From: Octopus bimaculoides
Taxonomy: Eukaryota
Assembly (NCBI RefSeq): GCF_001194135.2
Contig: NC_068986.1
Span: 3,024,923-3,074,852 of the forward strand
Direction: 5' to 3'
DNA length: 49,930 bases
Shown here: positions 24,759 to 38,574 of the stretch, piece after piece
Numbering within the stretch: the first letter of the stretch is position 1
Layout of the letters: the number at the start of each line of letters is the position of its first letter
Program-made: the position numbers and the translations under genes
The notes under the pieces: generated by a model
Databases searched by the model: none
Seen by the model: the letters and a program-made list of their open reading frames with translations, nothing else
Told to the model about the DNA's origin: nothing

Positions 24759-25818
24759 CTGGGAAAGAAAGGTAAAAAAAAAAAAAAAAAAAAAAAAGAG
24801 AGAAAGAGGAAGAAAAAATTAATTAGTATTTATTTAAAGCAATTTTACAAAATTTTCAATTTAAAAATATTTTACAGCCAAATGTCTTTTCTAATAACCA
24901 TTTCACTAATTATTTATATCTATATATTCTAAGTGAAAAGAAATGTTAAGGCACAGACACACACACGGTGAACTTCTTTCAGTAAATGTCTACCAAATCC
25001 ACTCATAAGGCTTTATCAACCGTCTTTCCAACAACAACCTCGGACACCTTTTTGAATTCCATATATCTAACACCCATGGACATGCTTACAAAAACAGCAG
25101 AGGACCCATGACTTTCAGAAACATTTTTTTCACACTCAGAATTGGTAGAGCATGGAATAAACTACCAGCATCAGTTATCTGTTAGGACAATACATCCTTC
25201 AGGACTTCAATTCTTCCTGAAATTCACCAATATAAAACCAGATGCTCTTTTTCTTTCTTTTCTTTATTTATTTCCAATGATTCATTCATTGTTTACTTTC
25301 CAGTCGTTTTGTGCATTATTCTGTTACTGTTCATGCACTTTTGGCTACTTTTTCAAGATGAGTTGTAGTGGACCTGGGTACTGTATACAATAAGTTCGTT
25401 ATTATTACTATAATTCGAAATAATTCAAATTGATGGGAAAATTGAAAATGCAATGTTGAGAAGAAAATTATATAGGTATGGATTTGTGTTCTATTTGCAG
25501 CCACTTAGCTTCAGGTTCAGTCTCACTACAAGGTACCTTCAGTGACCAATGCCCTGTGAGTGAATCCAGATGGAAACTGAGTAGAAGCTTATAGTATGTG
25601 CGTGTGTGTGTGCATGCGTGCATCTTTGTGTTTGCTTCTTACCTCCTTACGTCTGATGTTGGTTTATTTACATCCTTGTAACTGAGCAATTTGGCGAAAA
25701 CAGATTAACAAACTAAGTAGCCCCAACTTGACTGACTATAAACCATTCAAGGCAGTGCTCCAACATAGACACAGTGCAATGATTGTAAACACGAAAAGAG
25801 TAAAAGAGCAATGCTCAC

Positions 25819-25896
25819 CTCTATCAAATTCCATGCGAACAGCTTCTATGTCGTCATGGAAACCTGCTACTCTGTACATTCCTTCAAAATCTACAC
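25819..25896 (-). CDS. CHN1/2: Chimaerin RhoGAP exon (78 nt), GVDFEGMYRVAGFHDDIEAVRMEFDR(D), catalytic arginine finger
   Basis: tattatag|GT GTA...AGA G|gtgagc; GxYRVxG arginine-finger motif; lies within track ORF 25736-25942. Confidence 0.96.
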
Positions 25897-26231
25897 CTAT
25901 AATATTCAAAAGCAAACAATACACATTAGTAATCAAATACAAAAGAGCTTAAAACTAGTGTTAATTAATTTACATGCATTTCATGGCCAATAAGTTAATA
26001 CAGTTAATAAGATGACATCATAACAGTTTCCATTCCTGGTGCAAGCTTTTACACATCACTGTCATTGTTAATGGCTTAGAAAAGTATGAATAGGGCTACA
26101 TTTCACTTCTCTGTGTTTTAAATCAGACACTGTGTGTCAAATATAAAAAAAAAGACCCAAAAGTTAAATATTATATGTGTGTGCGAGTGTAAAATTTATT
26201 GACTGACATACATATAGGACAAAAGAGAAAG

Positions 26232-26269
<38 letters not shown>

Positions 26270-26275
<6 letters not shown>

Positions 26276-26430
26276 ATGGGTGCTTTTACATGCCACTGCC
26301 ACAGGTGTCATTTGCGTGACACTGACACCTGCCACAACTGTGATTTTACTTGGTTTGATAGGTCTTCTTTTCAAGCATGACATAATGGCAAAGGTCCGAG
26401 TCATTGCCTCTGTGAAGCCCAGCACTCAAA
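26270..26430 (-). mobile_element. RTE LINE 3' fragment
   Basis: Minus strand GFTEAMT... matches the 13440-13520 segment and is followed by tggcatgtaaaagcaccca. Confidence 0.6.
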
Positions 26431-26633
26431 AGGAGCTTTTCATGTGCCACACACACACCCATGCCAGCATAGAAGGCAGACATTAAACGATGATGATGAT
26501 GATGATGATGATGATATATATGCATGAATGGTTGAATAAACTTAATTAATAAGAAATAATTGCAGCAATTTAATAACCAAGGGAAAGAAAAAAACTCATC
26601 TAGTGTCTATTGCAGAGGTAGGAAATTCAGAAA

Positions 26634-26690
<57 letters not shown>

Positions 26691-26762
26691 TATACAGGAA
26701 GTAATCATTTTATTGCAGAGAAATTAAGAAAAAATGGTTAAATTAATATTAGAATTACTTAC

Positions 26763-26936
26763 CTCTGTGTTCAATTTCTTTGATACATTTTTCCACCACA
26801 ATAGGAATTGGTGTATTTTGAGCTTTAACAACTGTTGTCAAATCGGCGCCAAACAGTCTTTTAACATATTTCATGTCCGGCATGCAGTCATTTGGGACTC
26901 TTTCAGAACACTTTTTATGTGCTTCAAACCCACAGT
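26763..26936 (-). CDS. CHN1/2: Chimaerin C1-end/RhoGAP-start exon (174 nt), DCGFEAHKKCSERVPNDCMPDMKYVKRLFGADLTTVVKAQNTPIPIVVEKCIKEIEHR(G)
   Basis: tttattacag|AC TGT...AGA G|gtaagt; phase 1-1; completes the HX12CX2CX13CX2CX4HX2CX7C pattern. Confidence 0.96.
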
Positions 26937-28133
26937 CTGTAATAAAAAAAAAAAAACCCCAATATTATCAAAATCAAAACAAATTGTGAAGCAAACTTCT
27001 TTACCACACATCCACATCATCTCAGAGGCTCCATACTAGACTTTATGACAGAGGTCTTATTTTGTTCGCTATTTTCTTTTCCAATGTGATTACAAATTGC
27101 TTGCTACTATATGAACAAGTTAACCACCACAGCCTGTTACTGGAACTTGTATTTCCATGTATTTCCAATCACACTGCATATGTTTTTTTTGCATTTTTAC
27201 AATGTTTCATAATTAAACTTTAATGTTTAGCACTCATATTATTTAAATATCCACAAAACCATGTCAAAGAAACAAAATAAAATATTTTCTCAAATTATGG
27301 AAATGTACCACTGGTGGTGTGTGTGTGGCGATTGTATGAAGTTTGTGATGAACCATTGGTGGTGCATGTGGCAATTAACATGTTAATATATAAGTGGCTA
27401 TGCATTCTGCAAATATATGTACTGTTAACATAACTCTTATGTAGAATCTGCATGTTAAGGTGCATGACAACGCTGTACCATCAAAATCACAGGTACAAAC
27501 GAACCAACAAACTTGTATAAAGTTTTTGTCAACCCCATGATTTGTACTATCCACCTGAAGCTGGATATGTCCTTAAAGAGAGAACTTAATTGAACACTAA
27601 GTTAGCAAAGCATTTCTAGCAAGTATCTTGTGTATTTCGTACTGTGTCAGCAGAGCTGTGGTGCCATATCTGGTAAGTTGTCTTTACTGGACAACAGAAT
27701 TAATTTTCACCAACAAATCAGTGACCAATATGCTACAGATCAACATGTGTACTCCCGAATTGGTAGGATTTGATTTTCACATATGCTGCAACTTGATGAA
27801 CATTCCGTTCTACACATGTTGCTATATATGAAACAGATTGTTCTAGATCCTTCAGCTAGTCTCAATGAAAGACAAAGCTTAATTAAACTGTGGTACCCTT
27901 TCACCTTTGCAGAACTAACAATCCTGATTTATCAGGATTACAAACACACACACACAGACAGGGTTTCTATCGCCTTAAATTTCTCTTTTGCTTTTTGAAA
28001 AAAGAAGTCTGAAACTTAGATATTCTATATTCATTTCAGTAATTTTTCTCAAACATTACTTTAATATTTCATTCCTGTTTTTGTCTTTCCTGTTATTTTT
28101 AACTACTTTTACATCTCTCTCTCTTTCTCTCAC

Positions 28134-28169
<36 letters not shown>

Positions 28170-28844
28170 AAATTGCAGACTTTGGATGTTACAATCCATA
28201 CACAGGACATATTTCCCAGGTGTCAATGCATCATAATTTGATACAAGTTCCCTAGTTTTTACAACCACCACAGAAACTAGGGACTTATGAGAGAAAAGCT
28301 TTATATTACCTAGAACAACAAAGATCAGTGTGTGTCTGTGGGTAATGTAAGTATGTGTGTGTATATATACACGTACACACACAAAGCAAGATGGTTGGCA
28401 ACAAGATTGCATTACAGTTGGGTGAAAGTGTTCCCACTTAGCATAAATCCTTCATTTCCAGACTAATATTCCTCAGCAACCAGCAAGTTACCCAGTTTTC
28501 CTTCAAACTACAAACTAAACATTAAACTACCTGAATATCACAATCATCATGTGACAAACAAGACACTTGACTGATAATTCAAGGCCTCAAGGAAGGAGCC
28601 TTTATCTACCAACTAAAATAGTATCAACACATGTTACCCATCAACTAAACTAAAATTAATCACTCATAACTAAAAGTCTGAAAACAAGTATGGACATTTT
28701 GGACAAACTTATGAATATGCTCTGGACAGGAAAAGGGTTAAAAAAAGTAATTAAAATTATAGATAAATAAAACTATGAAATACAACCTGTGCTAAAAGCT
28801 ACAGAAATTAGCTGTTAAAAAAACACAAAAAAACTGCATTTTCT

Positions 28845-29260
28845 CAAAATATCTGAAGGCGCAGGAGTGGCTGTGTGGTAAGTAGCTTGCTTACCAACCA
28901 CATGGTTCCGGGTTCAGTCCCACTGCGTGGCACCTTGGGCAAGTGTCTTCTACTATAGCCTCGGGCCGACCAATGCCTTATGAGTGGATTTGGTAGACGG
29001 AAACTGAAAGAAGCCCGTCGTATATATGTATATATATATATGTGTGTGTGTATATGTTTGTGTCTGTTTGCCCCCCCCCCCACATCGCTTGACAACTGAT
29101 GGTAGTGTGTTTACATCCCCATAACTTAGCAGTTCGGCAAAAGAGATTGATAGAATAAGTACTAGGCTTCCAAAGAATAAGTCCTGGAGTTGATTTGCTT
29201 GACTAAAGGCGGTGCACCAGCATGGCCGCAGTCAAATGACTGAAACAAGTAAAAGAGTAA
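28845..29260 (+). mobile_element. tRNA-derived CORE-type SINE family A, near full length, with 9-bp TSD
   Basis: A-box tggctgtgtggt, B-box ggttcagtccc, CORE-like caccttgggcaagtgtcttc, tail gtcaaatgactgaaacaagtaaaagag; gcattttct at 28836-28844 and 29261-29269. Confidence 0.85.
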
Positions 29261-30542
29261 GCATTTTCTACTTAGTTAACCTTCAAAGCTTCTTTGTCTA
29301 GGAATCAACACAAATTAAATATCTAGCATCAAAGAATACCATGGTATCTGTTATATTTAAATCTGTTTATTAATTTAAAATTTAATCATAATGAGAGAAA
29401 ACATGTATTAAGTAACAAATCAAGACTGACTTCCTTTTCTTTTCCATTAATTTCGGTTGCTAATATATAATTATTTTAATGAGTTGCTGGCATGTAATTA
29501 CTTGAGTAAGTCACTTTGACAAAACTTATTTTTTCCATTTGATTAAAAGTGTATTACTTATAATTGTGACTAGTTTTATTAAGTTTTTCCTTACATCGTA
29601 GTATCAAAGGCTTTTGAAATCTTGATCAATGTGAAGTAATTTATATATACATATACATTATACACACACATGCATATATACATATATACATATATACATT
29701 ATATACATATACATTATACACACACATGCATGCACACACGTGAGTAAGCATGTAAGTGTATGTATATAAAACACACACACACACACACACACATACATAC
29801 ATACATACAGATATATCTACATATGCACACAGACACATTCTTTAATCCTGTTGCTATGAGGAAACATACACAGTGCACTCTATACAGTGCTTGGTATCAA
29901 GAAAGGTATCTAGCCATGGAAATCATACCAAAATTAGAAAAGTACACACAATACGTCCTCTATATGTATGTGTGTGTATGTTTGTGTGTCTGTGTTTGTC
30001 CCCCAAGCATCGCTTGGCAACCGATACTGGTGTGTTTACATCCCCGTAACTTAGCGGTTCGGCAAAAGAGACCGATAGAATAAGTACTAGGCTTCCAAAG
30101 AATAAGTCCTGGGGTCAATTTGCTCGACTAAAAGGTGGTGCTCCAGCATGGCCGCAGTCAAATGACTGAAACAAGTAAAAGAGTAAGAGAGAGAGAGAGA
30201 GAGAGAGAGACCCAACAAGAATGGCAGTAAATCCAAATAAAAACAGACTCAGGACTGACTTGTTAGACCTCTACTAGCATGGAAGATGGACATAGGATGA
30301 TGATGACGGTACAAATATTTATTAATAAAAGAACTACACAGTAATGGAATAAAGAAAAACCCTCAATGTTAGAATTGTAGACATGTTGCCAACACTTGCA
30401 CTATTATGCAAATTAGAGCAGGCCAATGGGGTTCTGTCTGTGTGTGCATATACTACATACAACTATAAGCCATTATGCTGTTGTGGACAGAATTGAGTAA
30501 CTGAACTCTGATAAGCAATTAAATATAAAGTAATTAGCTTGA

Positions 30543-30859
30543 GCCTTTAGCATTTAAACCGAACATATCCAGCCAAAATAATCTATCTGTTTTATCTTCA
30601 AACTGACCATATCTAGCCTATTATACCTACCCTACAATGTCATTCTGGAAAGAAGCAGTCACATCATTGAAATCTCAAAGCTACAAGGTAATGTCTGTCT
30701 AATTCAAACCAATCATCATCATCATCATTTAACGTCTGTTTTCCATGCTGGCATGGGTTGGAAACTTAGAGTGAGAACGGGTAAGCTGAAGAGCTGCACC
30801 AGGTTTCAGTATGAATAGATAAACATTACATTCGACATTGACAGCCGGATGCTAAAGGG
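30543..30859. mobile_element. piggyBac-like MITE with a nested RTE tail
   Basis: TIR core cctttagcat / atgctaaagg; TTAA on the right (30860-30863), ttga on the left; related internal sequence at 41265-41478. Confidence 0.6.
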
Positions 30860-31159
30860 TTAAGCTTTTTTTCCTGATCACTAAGGGTGGGAGGAAAACA
30901 TGTGATTAACCAGTGTCTTCATTTTCACTCAGCTATTTTATAAACACACACACACATATATGTATATATATATATATATATAATAATATATATATATATA
31001 TAATAATTTTCCTGAAGAAGTGCCAAATGTCAAAATCCAATGGACCAGTCACTGGATAAGTTTGGCACAGAAATGTTAACATAGAGTGGTGAATAAATCG
31101 ATATATCGAGTTTGAAGTCTCTGTCTCTTTTGAATATGAAAATTTAAAAGTTAAAAACC

Positions 31160-31223
<64 letters not shown>

Positions 31224-32489
31224 CACACATTTACACACACACACATACAGTATGGCAGTGGATTTGTTGCTAAGCAATGAGGATTTAATTGTTTGATCAA
31301 CTGAATTACCTGCTACTGTATATTAATGTGCAAGTGGTTAAGCAGTCTAAAAATATATGTACTCTTAACATAATTATCAGGCAGAATTAGTATAACATGA
31401 TGCATGACATGGATGTACCTTGCGAATTACAGGTGAAATCCACTTGACTGACTTCTATACAGTTTCTGTCAACCTGATTTCACTTTCAAGGCTATAGAAA
31501 ATGACATTTGCTCAAGATACCATGCAGCAGGATTGAACCTGGGATCTTATGGTCATGAAGCAACTTCTCAATTCAACCTAGCTGCACTTACGCATGTGAT
31601 ATATATTAAGTGGCTGGTTGACAGAGTCATTAGGACAGCAGCTAGAATGTGATGCAATATGTGCTTTGGTTCTGTGTGAACTGAGTTCAGAACCTAACAC
31701 GGTCAGCTTTGATCCTTTTGGGGTTGGTAAATAAAGTACCAGCCCCATCCTGGTGCAGCCCTTTCTCCCTGCCCTCTCTTCCCGTTCTGGATGTTCTGCT
31801 GGATTGAGTGTAGCAGATGGTTTGAGAGGGTACTTGAGGCTGCTCATAACTTCATGGACACCTAAAACCATTCATGATAGCATCACACAAGCTTATAACA
31901 TGCCCTCTTTAATTGTGTGTACTGGTTGAAATATGCATACATGTGTATGAAAACCACAAAGATTTTTGATCATTGTAACTTGTGACAGTATTGACTCCAC
32001 CTTTCGTGTTTATAACTCATCCTTCCCACTCCAAGAGAAGACAAACAAGTTTAAATGCCAAAAGATCATGACATTCACCTAGCTAAGTAGAATCAGCTTT
32101 GGCACAGTTACAATACTACAGGTCTAAGTCAATAGTAAGACTAATGACCTAGCAGCAAATAGATTTGGCAATTAATGCATAAAGTAAATTGTGTAAGACA
32201 CTACAAAATCCCACATAGTTTTAGGAAATGGTCACATTTGAATGCTTTTGATGACAGGCCTTCTCATTCAGAATTGACTAAAAGCTAAACAACATCAGAT
32301 TGTTTACAAAGTGATGAGGCTAATGTTAGAAATAGCAGCTATATCTCCTTCCTATGAAACCCAAATGTCTTAGAAAAGGGAAGAATATACAAGAGAAAGT
32401 AGTCCAAATATCTTTTTTATATTCCCATCAAGACCACAATTCTTGTTTTCTACTCATCTAGCATGACAAAGGACAAATTGTTTTAAGCA

Positions 32490-33200
32490 TTGATACCACA
32501 AGGCTTAGGTAGAAACTCTGTAAGATGTACCCAGTGTAAGCTATGGACACATAAGAGGTGCAGCAATATCAAAGGAAAGCTAACTGTGAAGATAGTGTTT
32601 GTGTGTGGCAGATGCTCAGGAGCAATAAACACTGAAAATGTGCAGAGAACAACTTCTGCCACATTCCTGGGAGAAAAATTAGAAGTAGCTGATAGCTTCC
32701 GTTACCTAGGTGACCAAGTCAGTAGCGGGGGAGGGTGTGCTGAAAGTGTAGCTGCTAGAATAAGAATAGCCTGGGTAAAGTTCAGAGAGCTCTTAGCTCT
32801 ACTGGTGACAAAGGGCCTCTCACTCAGAGTAAAAGGCAGACTGTATGATGCATGTTTACGAACAGCCATGCTACATAGCAGTGAAACATGAGCCATAACA
32901 GCTGAGGACATTGCAAAGAATGAAGCCAGCATGCTTCGCTGGATGTGTATTGACAGAGTGTAAGTACCTCGAGAGAAAAGTTGGTCCTAAGAAGTATCAG
33001 ATGTTGTGTGCAAGGCATGTAACCAGGCCACTTATGCGTATCATTCCGTCATTAGACACTAAACTCTGCTTGCAAAGACCTGTTGAGGCAAGTGAAATCA
33101 AAATCGAAATCAAATTCTATGATAGGCATCCGTGCTAGTGGAGTGCTAAGAGCACCATCCGAGCGTGATCATTGCCAGAGCAGCTGACTGGCTTCCGTCT
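32490..33200 (+). mobile_element. Degraded RTE-clade LINE fragment, same family as 12880-14132
   Basis: ORF 32490-32891: RNSVRCTQCKLWTHKRCS...FVCGRC...FRYLGDQVSSGGGC...KGLSLRVKGRLYDAC. Confidence 0.9.
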
Positions 33201-35574
33201 ACATTTTAACTTCTCAAATGCCATGATTAAAGTTCATTCAATGCACTTTATTAAGTGACTAGTGACAGAGAGGGCATCTGGTCATAGAAACCAAGCCAAA
33301 ATGAAACTTTCAAGTGAAATGTGATCTTCCAATGTATACCAGCAAACAAAGTAGTCATAAAATAATGATTATATATATATATATAAAATTTCATGTGCAA
33401 AAAAACTACAATTAAGTTTAAGGCATAAAAATATCATGGGATTTCAGTATCCAGAGTCATAGGAGAGAGAATACCTGATGATACTGTTATGAATCACAAG
33501 TCAGAACACTAATTTGTAGGGAAGATTTCTTGTTGAATTGGTACTTTATTATCAACATCAGAAAGATTATAGATAAAACATTAACCTATGTAGGATTTGA
33601 AATTAGATCAACAAGAGTCATACAGTGATTGTATTTTCTCTGCAATTCTACCATTTCCCATACTTCAAATTTTCGCAACTCCAACAATAATTCTATATGA
33701 ATTCTAAATTGTAGTAATCTAAATTAACATGCAAAGTATTGAAAAATAAATAGTCATCAATAAATTATAGAAGAAATTCCAACGTTAGAATCAAGATCAG
33801 AGATTAATTCATCAGCTGAGGCCTCCATTTAAAACATGACTATACAACAATAGACGGTACCTAATTCAAATTATCCATTGAGGAAGAAGTAAAGTAAAAT
33901 CCAGGGGAGAAAACTCTGCTGTGCATTCCTATTTCATTCTTCAGGCCACAGCAAGCTAGGAGATTACATGTTAACCATACAGTGTTGGCTGCGTGGTAAG
34001 AAATTTGCTTCTTAAGCACATGACTTGGGTTCAGTCCCATTCCGTAGCTTCTATAATAGTACTGGGTCAACCAAAGCTTTGTGAGTAGATTTGGGAGACA
34101 GAAACTGAAAGAAGCCCATTTTGTGTGTGTGTGTGTGTGTGTATTAGTATCTCACTGCCTTGACCTCATGTGATAGTTGTAAGAGAGTGTCACCATCAGG
34201 CAAGCAGTGTCCTTTATTGCCAATCTTCCCTGTGAACATGTTTGGTCATAGGGAAATATTACTTTACATGGAAACAGGTAAGGGTTGGCAACAGGAAAAG
34301 GATCCAGCCATTAAAAATACACCTAAATAGATTCCATACAAATATGGAAAAGTGAGCTTCAGAATGACGATGATGAAGTTCTTATTGTTTACATCAGCTA
34401 ACCTTTGCACAAAGATTAAGGAATAAAGTTTACGATATAAGTTTGGGTATCATGAAGTGAGATGTGAATTTCGGGTGCTTAACACTCTTCTCTTCAATTC
34501 TCCCCACCCCCACCCCCAAAAAAGAGTTCTACTTCAAACATTAGAATTCCTTCCAGCAGTGCAACACTTTAGGCAAGTGCCTCCTGTTATATCTAATGTC
34601 TTGAGAGGAATTCTAAGGACAGAAACTGGAAACAGCCTGTTGTGCGGGTGTTATTGTGTGTGCACATATATGCACTTATATATCATCATCATTGTCATTT
34701 AACGCCCATTCACAATGCTAGCATAAATTGGAAGGTTTAACAGGGGCTGGTTAGGCAGAAGACTGCACCAGGCTTCACTGTCTGTTTTGGCAGGATTTTT
34801 TTTACAACTAGATGCCCTTCCTAACACCAACCACTTTACACATACATATATAAGCATATGAGATACAGACAAACAGACAGACAGCAGATGGATATAGATT
34901 TGTGCATGACCTGTCATGTCTTGACATGTGTGATGATTGTAAACGTAATGACAAACAGTGTTGTTTGCAATCCTCTCAAAAACATGTCCAGGCTGTTTGT
35001 TATTCATTAAACTAAGGAAAATGTTACCTTATATAGGGGTTGGTAACAGGAGGAGTGTCCAACTATAGAAAGATCTGCTTTAACCAAGTTACTGTCTAAC
35101 CCATACAAGTATGGAAACATGGACATTAACAGGATAATGTTAACTAGTATGCATAGCAGCATGGACTAGCTTAGTTTTAGTTAAGCATTTATCTAGTTTT
35201 AGTTAAGCATAGAGATGGCAGATATTTTCCAGTAATGAGGTCTGAACCAGCAACCGTTTGGCTGGTAGTCCAACAACTTAATGACCAGGATATCTGCAAC
35301 TCTCCCACAATATGATGTAACCGGTAATAGTTTATATTGAAAGGGTTTCTGGCTCAACAAGGTAAAAGAAGATGCTACATTAGTGTAATTAATGAAGATC
35401 TTTACAGGTTGTAAAACAATACATATTTCAACAGAAATATGGTACCAAAAGGGTTAATATATTCTAAACAAAACAATGGTACGCTCTAAACTTCCTGGCA
35501 TATATTTAGGAGAAATAAAATCTTTACAAATGAACAGACAAGAAACATGGACATTAACAGATCTGGTTGTTTAC

Positions 35575-35659
35575 CTTGGCACTTAACTCCTTGAGCAATT
35601 AGTCCCCACATAAAGTTGGCACAGTAATCACACCAGTGTAGTCCAATAAAATTTTGCAC
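35575..35659 (-). CDS. CHN1/2: Chimaerin C1 exon (85 nt), [28 protein letters not shown](D)
   Basis: ttatttcag|GTG...CAA G|gtaaac; [20 protein letters not shown] is the chimaerin C1 signature. Confidence 0.96.
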
Positions 35660-35996
35660 CTGAAATAAGTAAAGAAAAAAATTTCTTTTTTTTTACAAAA
35701 CTGTCAAAATGGATTGATGGTGTTATTGACGGAATAAAAAATAAAAAAAAGTGGGGAAAAAATATTAAATTAAAACAAACTATGATAAGTAAATTCATAA
35801 GCTATAAAACTCTATCTACTGAAAATTAATTGGTAATAATCTATACTAAAGATTGTATATAATTACTGAACATATGCATACAAATGTGTATGCACAACAC
35901 AAACACATATATAATGAAGTATTTAATTATATANNNNNNNNNNNNNNNNNNNNNNNNNNNNNNNNNNNNNNNNNNNNNNNNNNNNNNNNNNNNNNN

Positions 35997-36034
<38 letters not shown>

Positions 36035-37967
36035 CATACTGGGAAGTTTTAGAATGTTTCTTATAATTCAATCTGTGTTTATTTAGTAGTATTTTATAAT
36101 TGCAATTGATGAAGAATAATGTTGTTATAGGCTTCCAGCAGACCAATCAGTGTTTCACTGTATGACATGGCAAGGAATGACATGAGTCTCTGCAACTCAG
36201 TGCAAAACAAACATCACAGGAGACTTTATGAATGAAGCACCAGCTTTTTGGTTTACTTGCCAATGCTTATATCGTTCTCCAAAAGATAACCAAATTCCAT
36301 TCACATTATATTAGTCAACTCAAGGTTGTGCTAGATGACACTTGGCCAAAGTGCCACAGATTGAGATTAAATCTAAAACCACATGTTTGTATAGCAAACT
36401 CTTTAATCATATTCCTGTAAACAAATGTTACAAGATTATTGTGAACATATTAGACTAGAGTCAATAAAATAAGCACCAGTAATATACTGAGGTTCAGTTC
36501 AATGCACTTCACCCTCAAAATATCTGGCCATATGCCAATGCTAGAAATCAATATAAAATAGTTTCATGAACAATTGGGAAAATATATAGTAGATATTGTG
36601 GGAGAATAAAGAGGACTTGGATCTGTAGTAATTCAATCAGATCTAAAAGTCAGATGATGAAAAATTATTTTGTCAATAAAGGCTCTCATCTTAAGATTTG
36701 ATGTAAGACAACATAAGTATAAGGCAGCCGATTGGCAGAGTTTTAGAGCATCAAATACATTGCTTTGCAGTAATTGTTCTGGTTCTCTCTGGCTCTTACA
36801 GACATGTCTGACTTCAGGTAATATGTATTTGAATTAGAATAATATTTTGGGGAAAATAACAAAATAGTAAAGCTGGAGTTTAGTATATTTATAAATGACA
36901 TATTCAAAACAAAGAAATATTTAACTTGTGAATAATTGATATAGGTATGGCTGTATGGTTAAGAGGTTTGCTTTGTAACTAAATGGTTTCAGGGTTCAAT
37001 CCTAATGTGCAACACTGCAAGCAAAGTGTTTTCTCTCATAGCCTCAGATTGACAAAAGTCTTTTGAGTGAAAGATAGTTGATGGAAACCAAAATGAAGTC
37101 CATTTTAAGGACAGTTCTTGCTCTTGCATGACAGAATCCGTTTCCCAAGTTAACATCACCACTTGGCCTAAGGTTACTTCTAGAGGAGCTCACTCTGTTG
37201 TACGATAACTATCTCCCTTCTTCCCGCCAATCCTGGAGGTTCTGAAAAAAGGGCTATGGTCCTGGCCTTTTCTCTTCTGACTAAGCCATTTAGAAGAAAG
37301 TAAAGAAAGTAAAATGAAAAAAATCTAGTGAAAAAATACGATCTAATTCATAATACTGGAAAGACACAAAAATATCAACAAATTTAGATACTGGTCAATT
37401 GAAACTGAACATTTGAAGCAAACATCAACTAAAATCAAGCAGATGGATAATAATAATAATAATGATGATGATGATGATGATAATAATACAATACAAAATT
37501 AAAATAAATAGCAGACACTAAGTAAATTAGAATATTAGCACCTTTTTAAATACCGAAACTTGGAATTAAAGAGCTTTTCGTATGATTCTTTGTATGGGTG
37601 GATGCAAAAGCATGTATATATGTATATATATATGCATATGCCACAAAGTTAGCAATTCAGGTATTCCTTTTCTCTCAATGTAAGTATACGTGGATAACGC
37701 TATATTTCCAAGTTTACAGAAATCAATAGAGGAATCTAGTAGAATTGCTGAACAAATAGGCACATGAAAAAAAGACTACAACTAACCGGCTCCCATTTGG
37801 AGAAATACAAATTTAGATCAGTTGATAACATCTGCTTGGGTAAGATATTTAAATTATCTACTTTCTCTAGTTTCCTCTTGCAGTAGTAATTGGAGCTCTG
37901 CTAGAGCTTTTTTACAAAAAACACAAGTTCCCTGTTATAGTCGCTAGAAGAGAGAAAAAGTAAAAAA

Positions 37968-38002
<35 letters not shown>

Positions 38003-38036
38003 AGAGACCATTAATTCAGAATTCACTCAGTTTTAC

Positions 38037-38545
38037 CAATGACAGCACACCTTTACTATTTACAGCATTCTCTAGCAATTACAGATTATACCTTTCACAA
38101 TTAATTACAGCAATACCTTTGACATTTACAGTATACCTATAGCAATTACAGTATATACCTTTAACAATTACAGCATACCTTTACTACTTACAGCATACCT
38201 TTACCATTTTACAGCATAGCTCTAGCAATTACAGAATATACCTTTAATAATTACAGCATAACTTTACCATTTACAGAATACCTTTAATAATTACAGCATA
38301 ATGTTTTACCATTTACAGCATACCTTTACCATTTATAGCAAACCTCTAGTAATTTCAGAATACACCTTTAACAATTACAGCATAATGTTACCATTTACAG
38401 AATACCTTTAGCATTTATAGCATACCTCAATACCATTATCTTTATAGCAGACATTTATCATTTATTGTATACCTTTAGCAATTGTAATATACCATTACCA
38501 TTTATAGCACACCATTAAAATTTACAGTATACCTTTAGGAATAAC
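38037..38545. repeat. Degenerate 20-22 bp minisatellite (ttacagcatacctttaccat-like, more than 20 units)
   Basis: Direct reading. Confidence 0.9.
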
Positions 38546-38574
38546 AGTGTATTTTTAACGATTACAATAAATTT

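Noticed and set aside
28857-28935. tRNA gene
   Set aside because: A/B boxes belong to a SINE head and continue into CORE-like and tail sequence; same for the other SINE heads.
33778-33818. Hammerhead ribozyme-like motif on the minus strand (CTGATGA, aatc/gatt stem)
   Set aside because: The GAAA core is replaced by TAA and I found no stem III or cleavage-site partner; at most a dead remnant. The CTGATGA at 10647 also lacks GAAAC.
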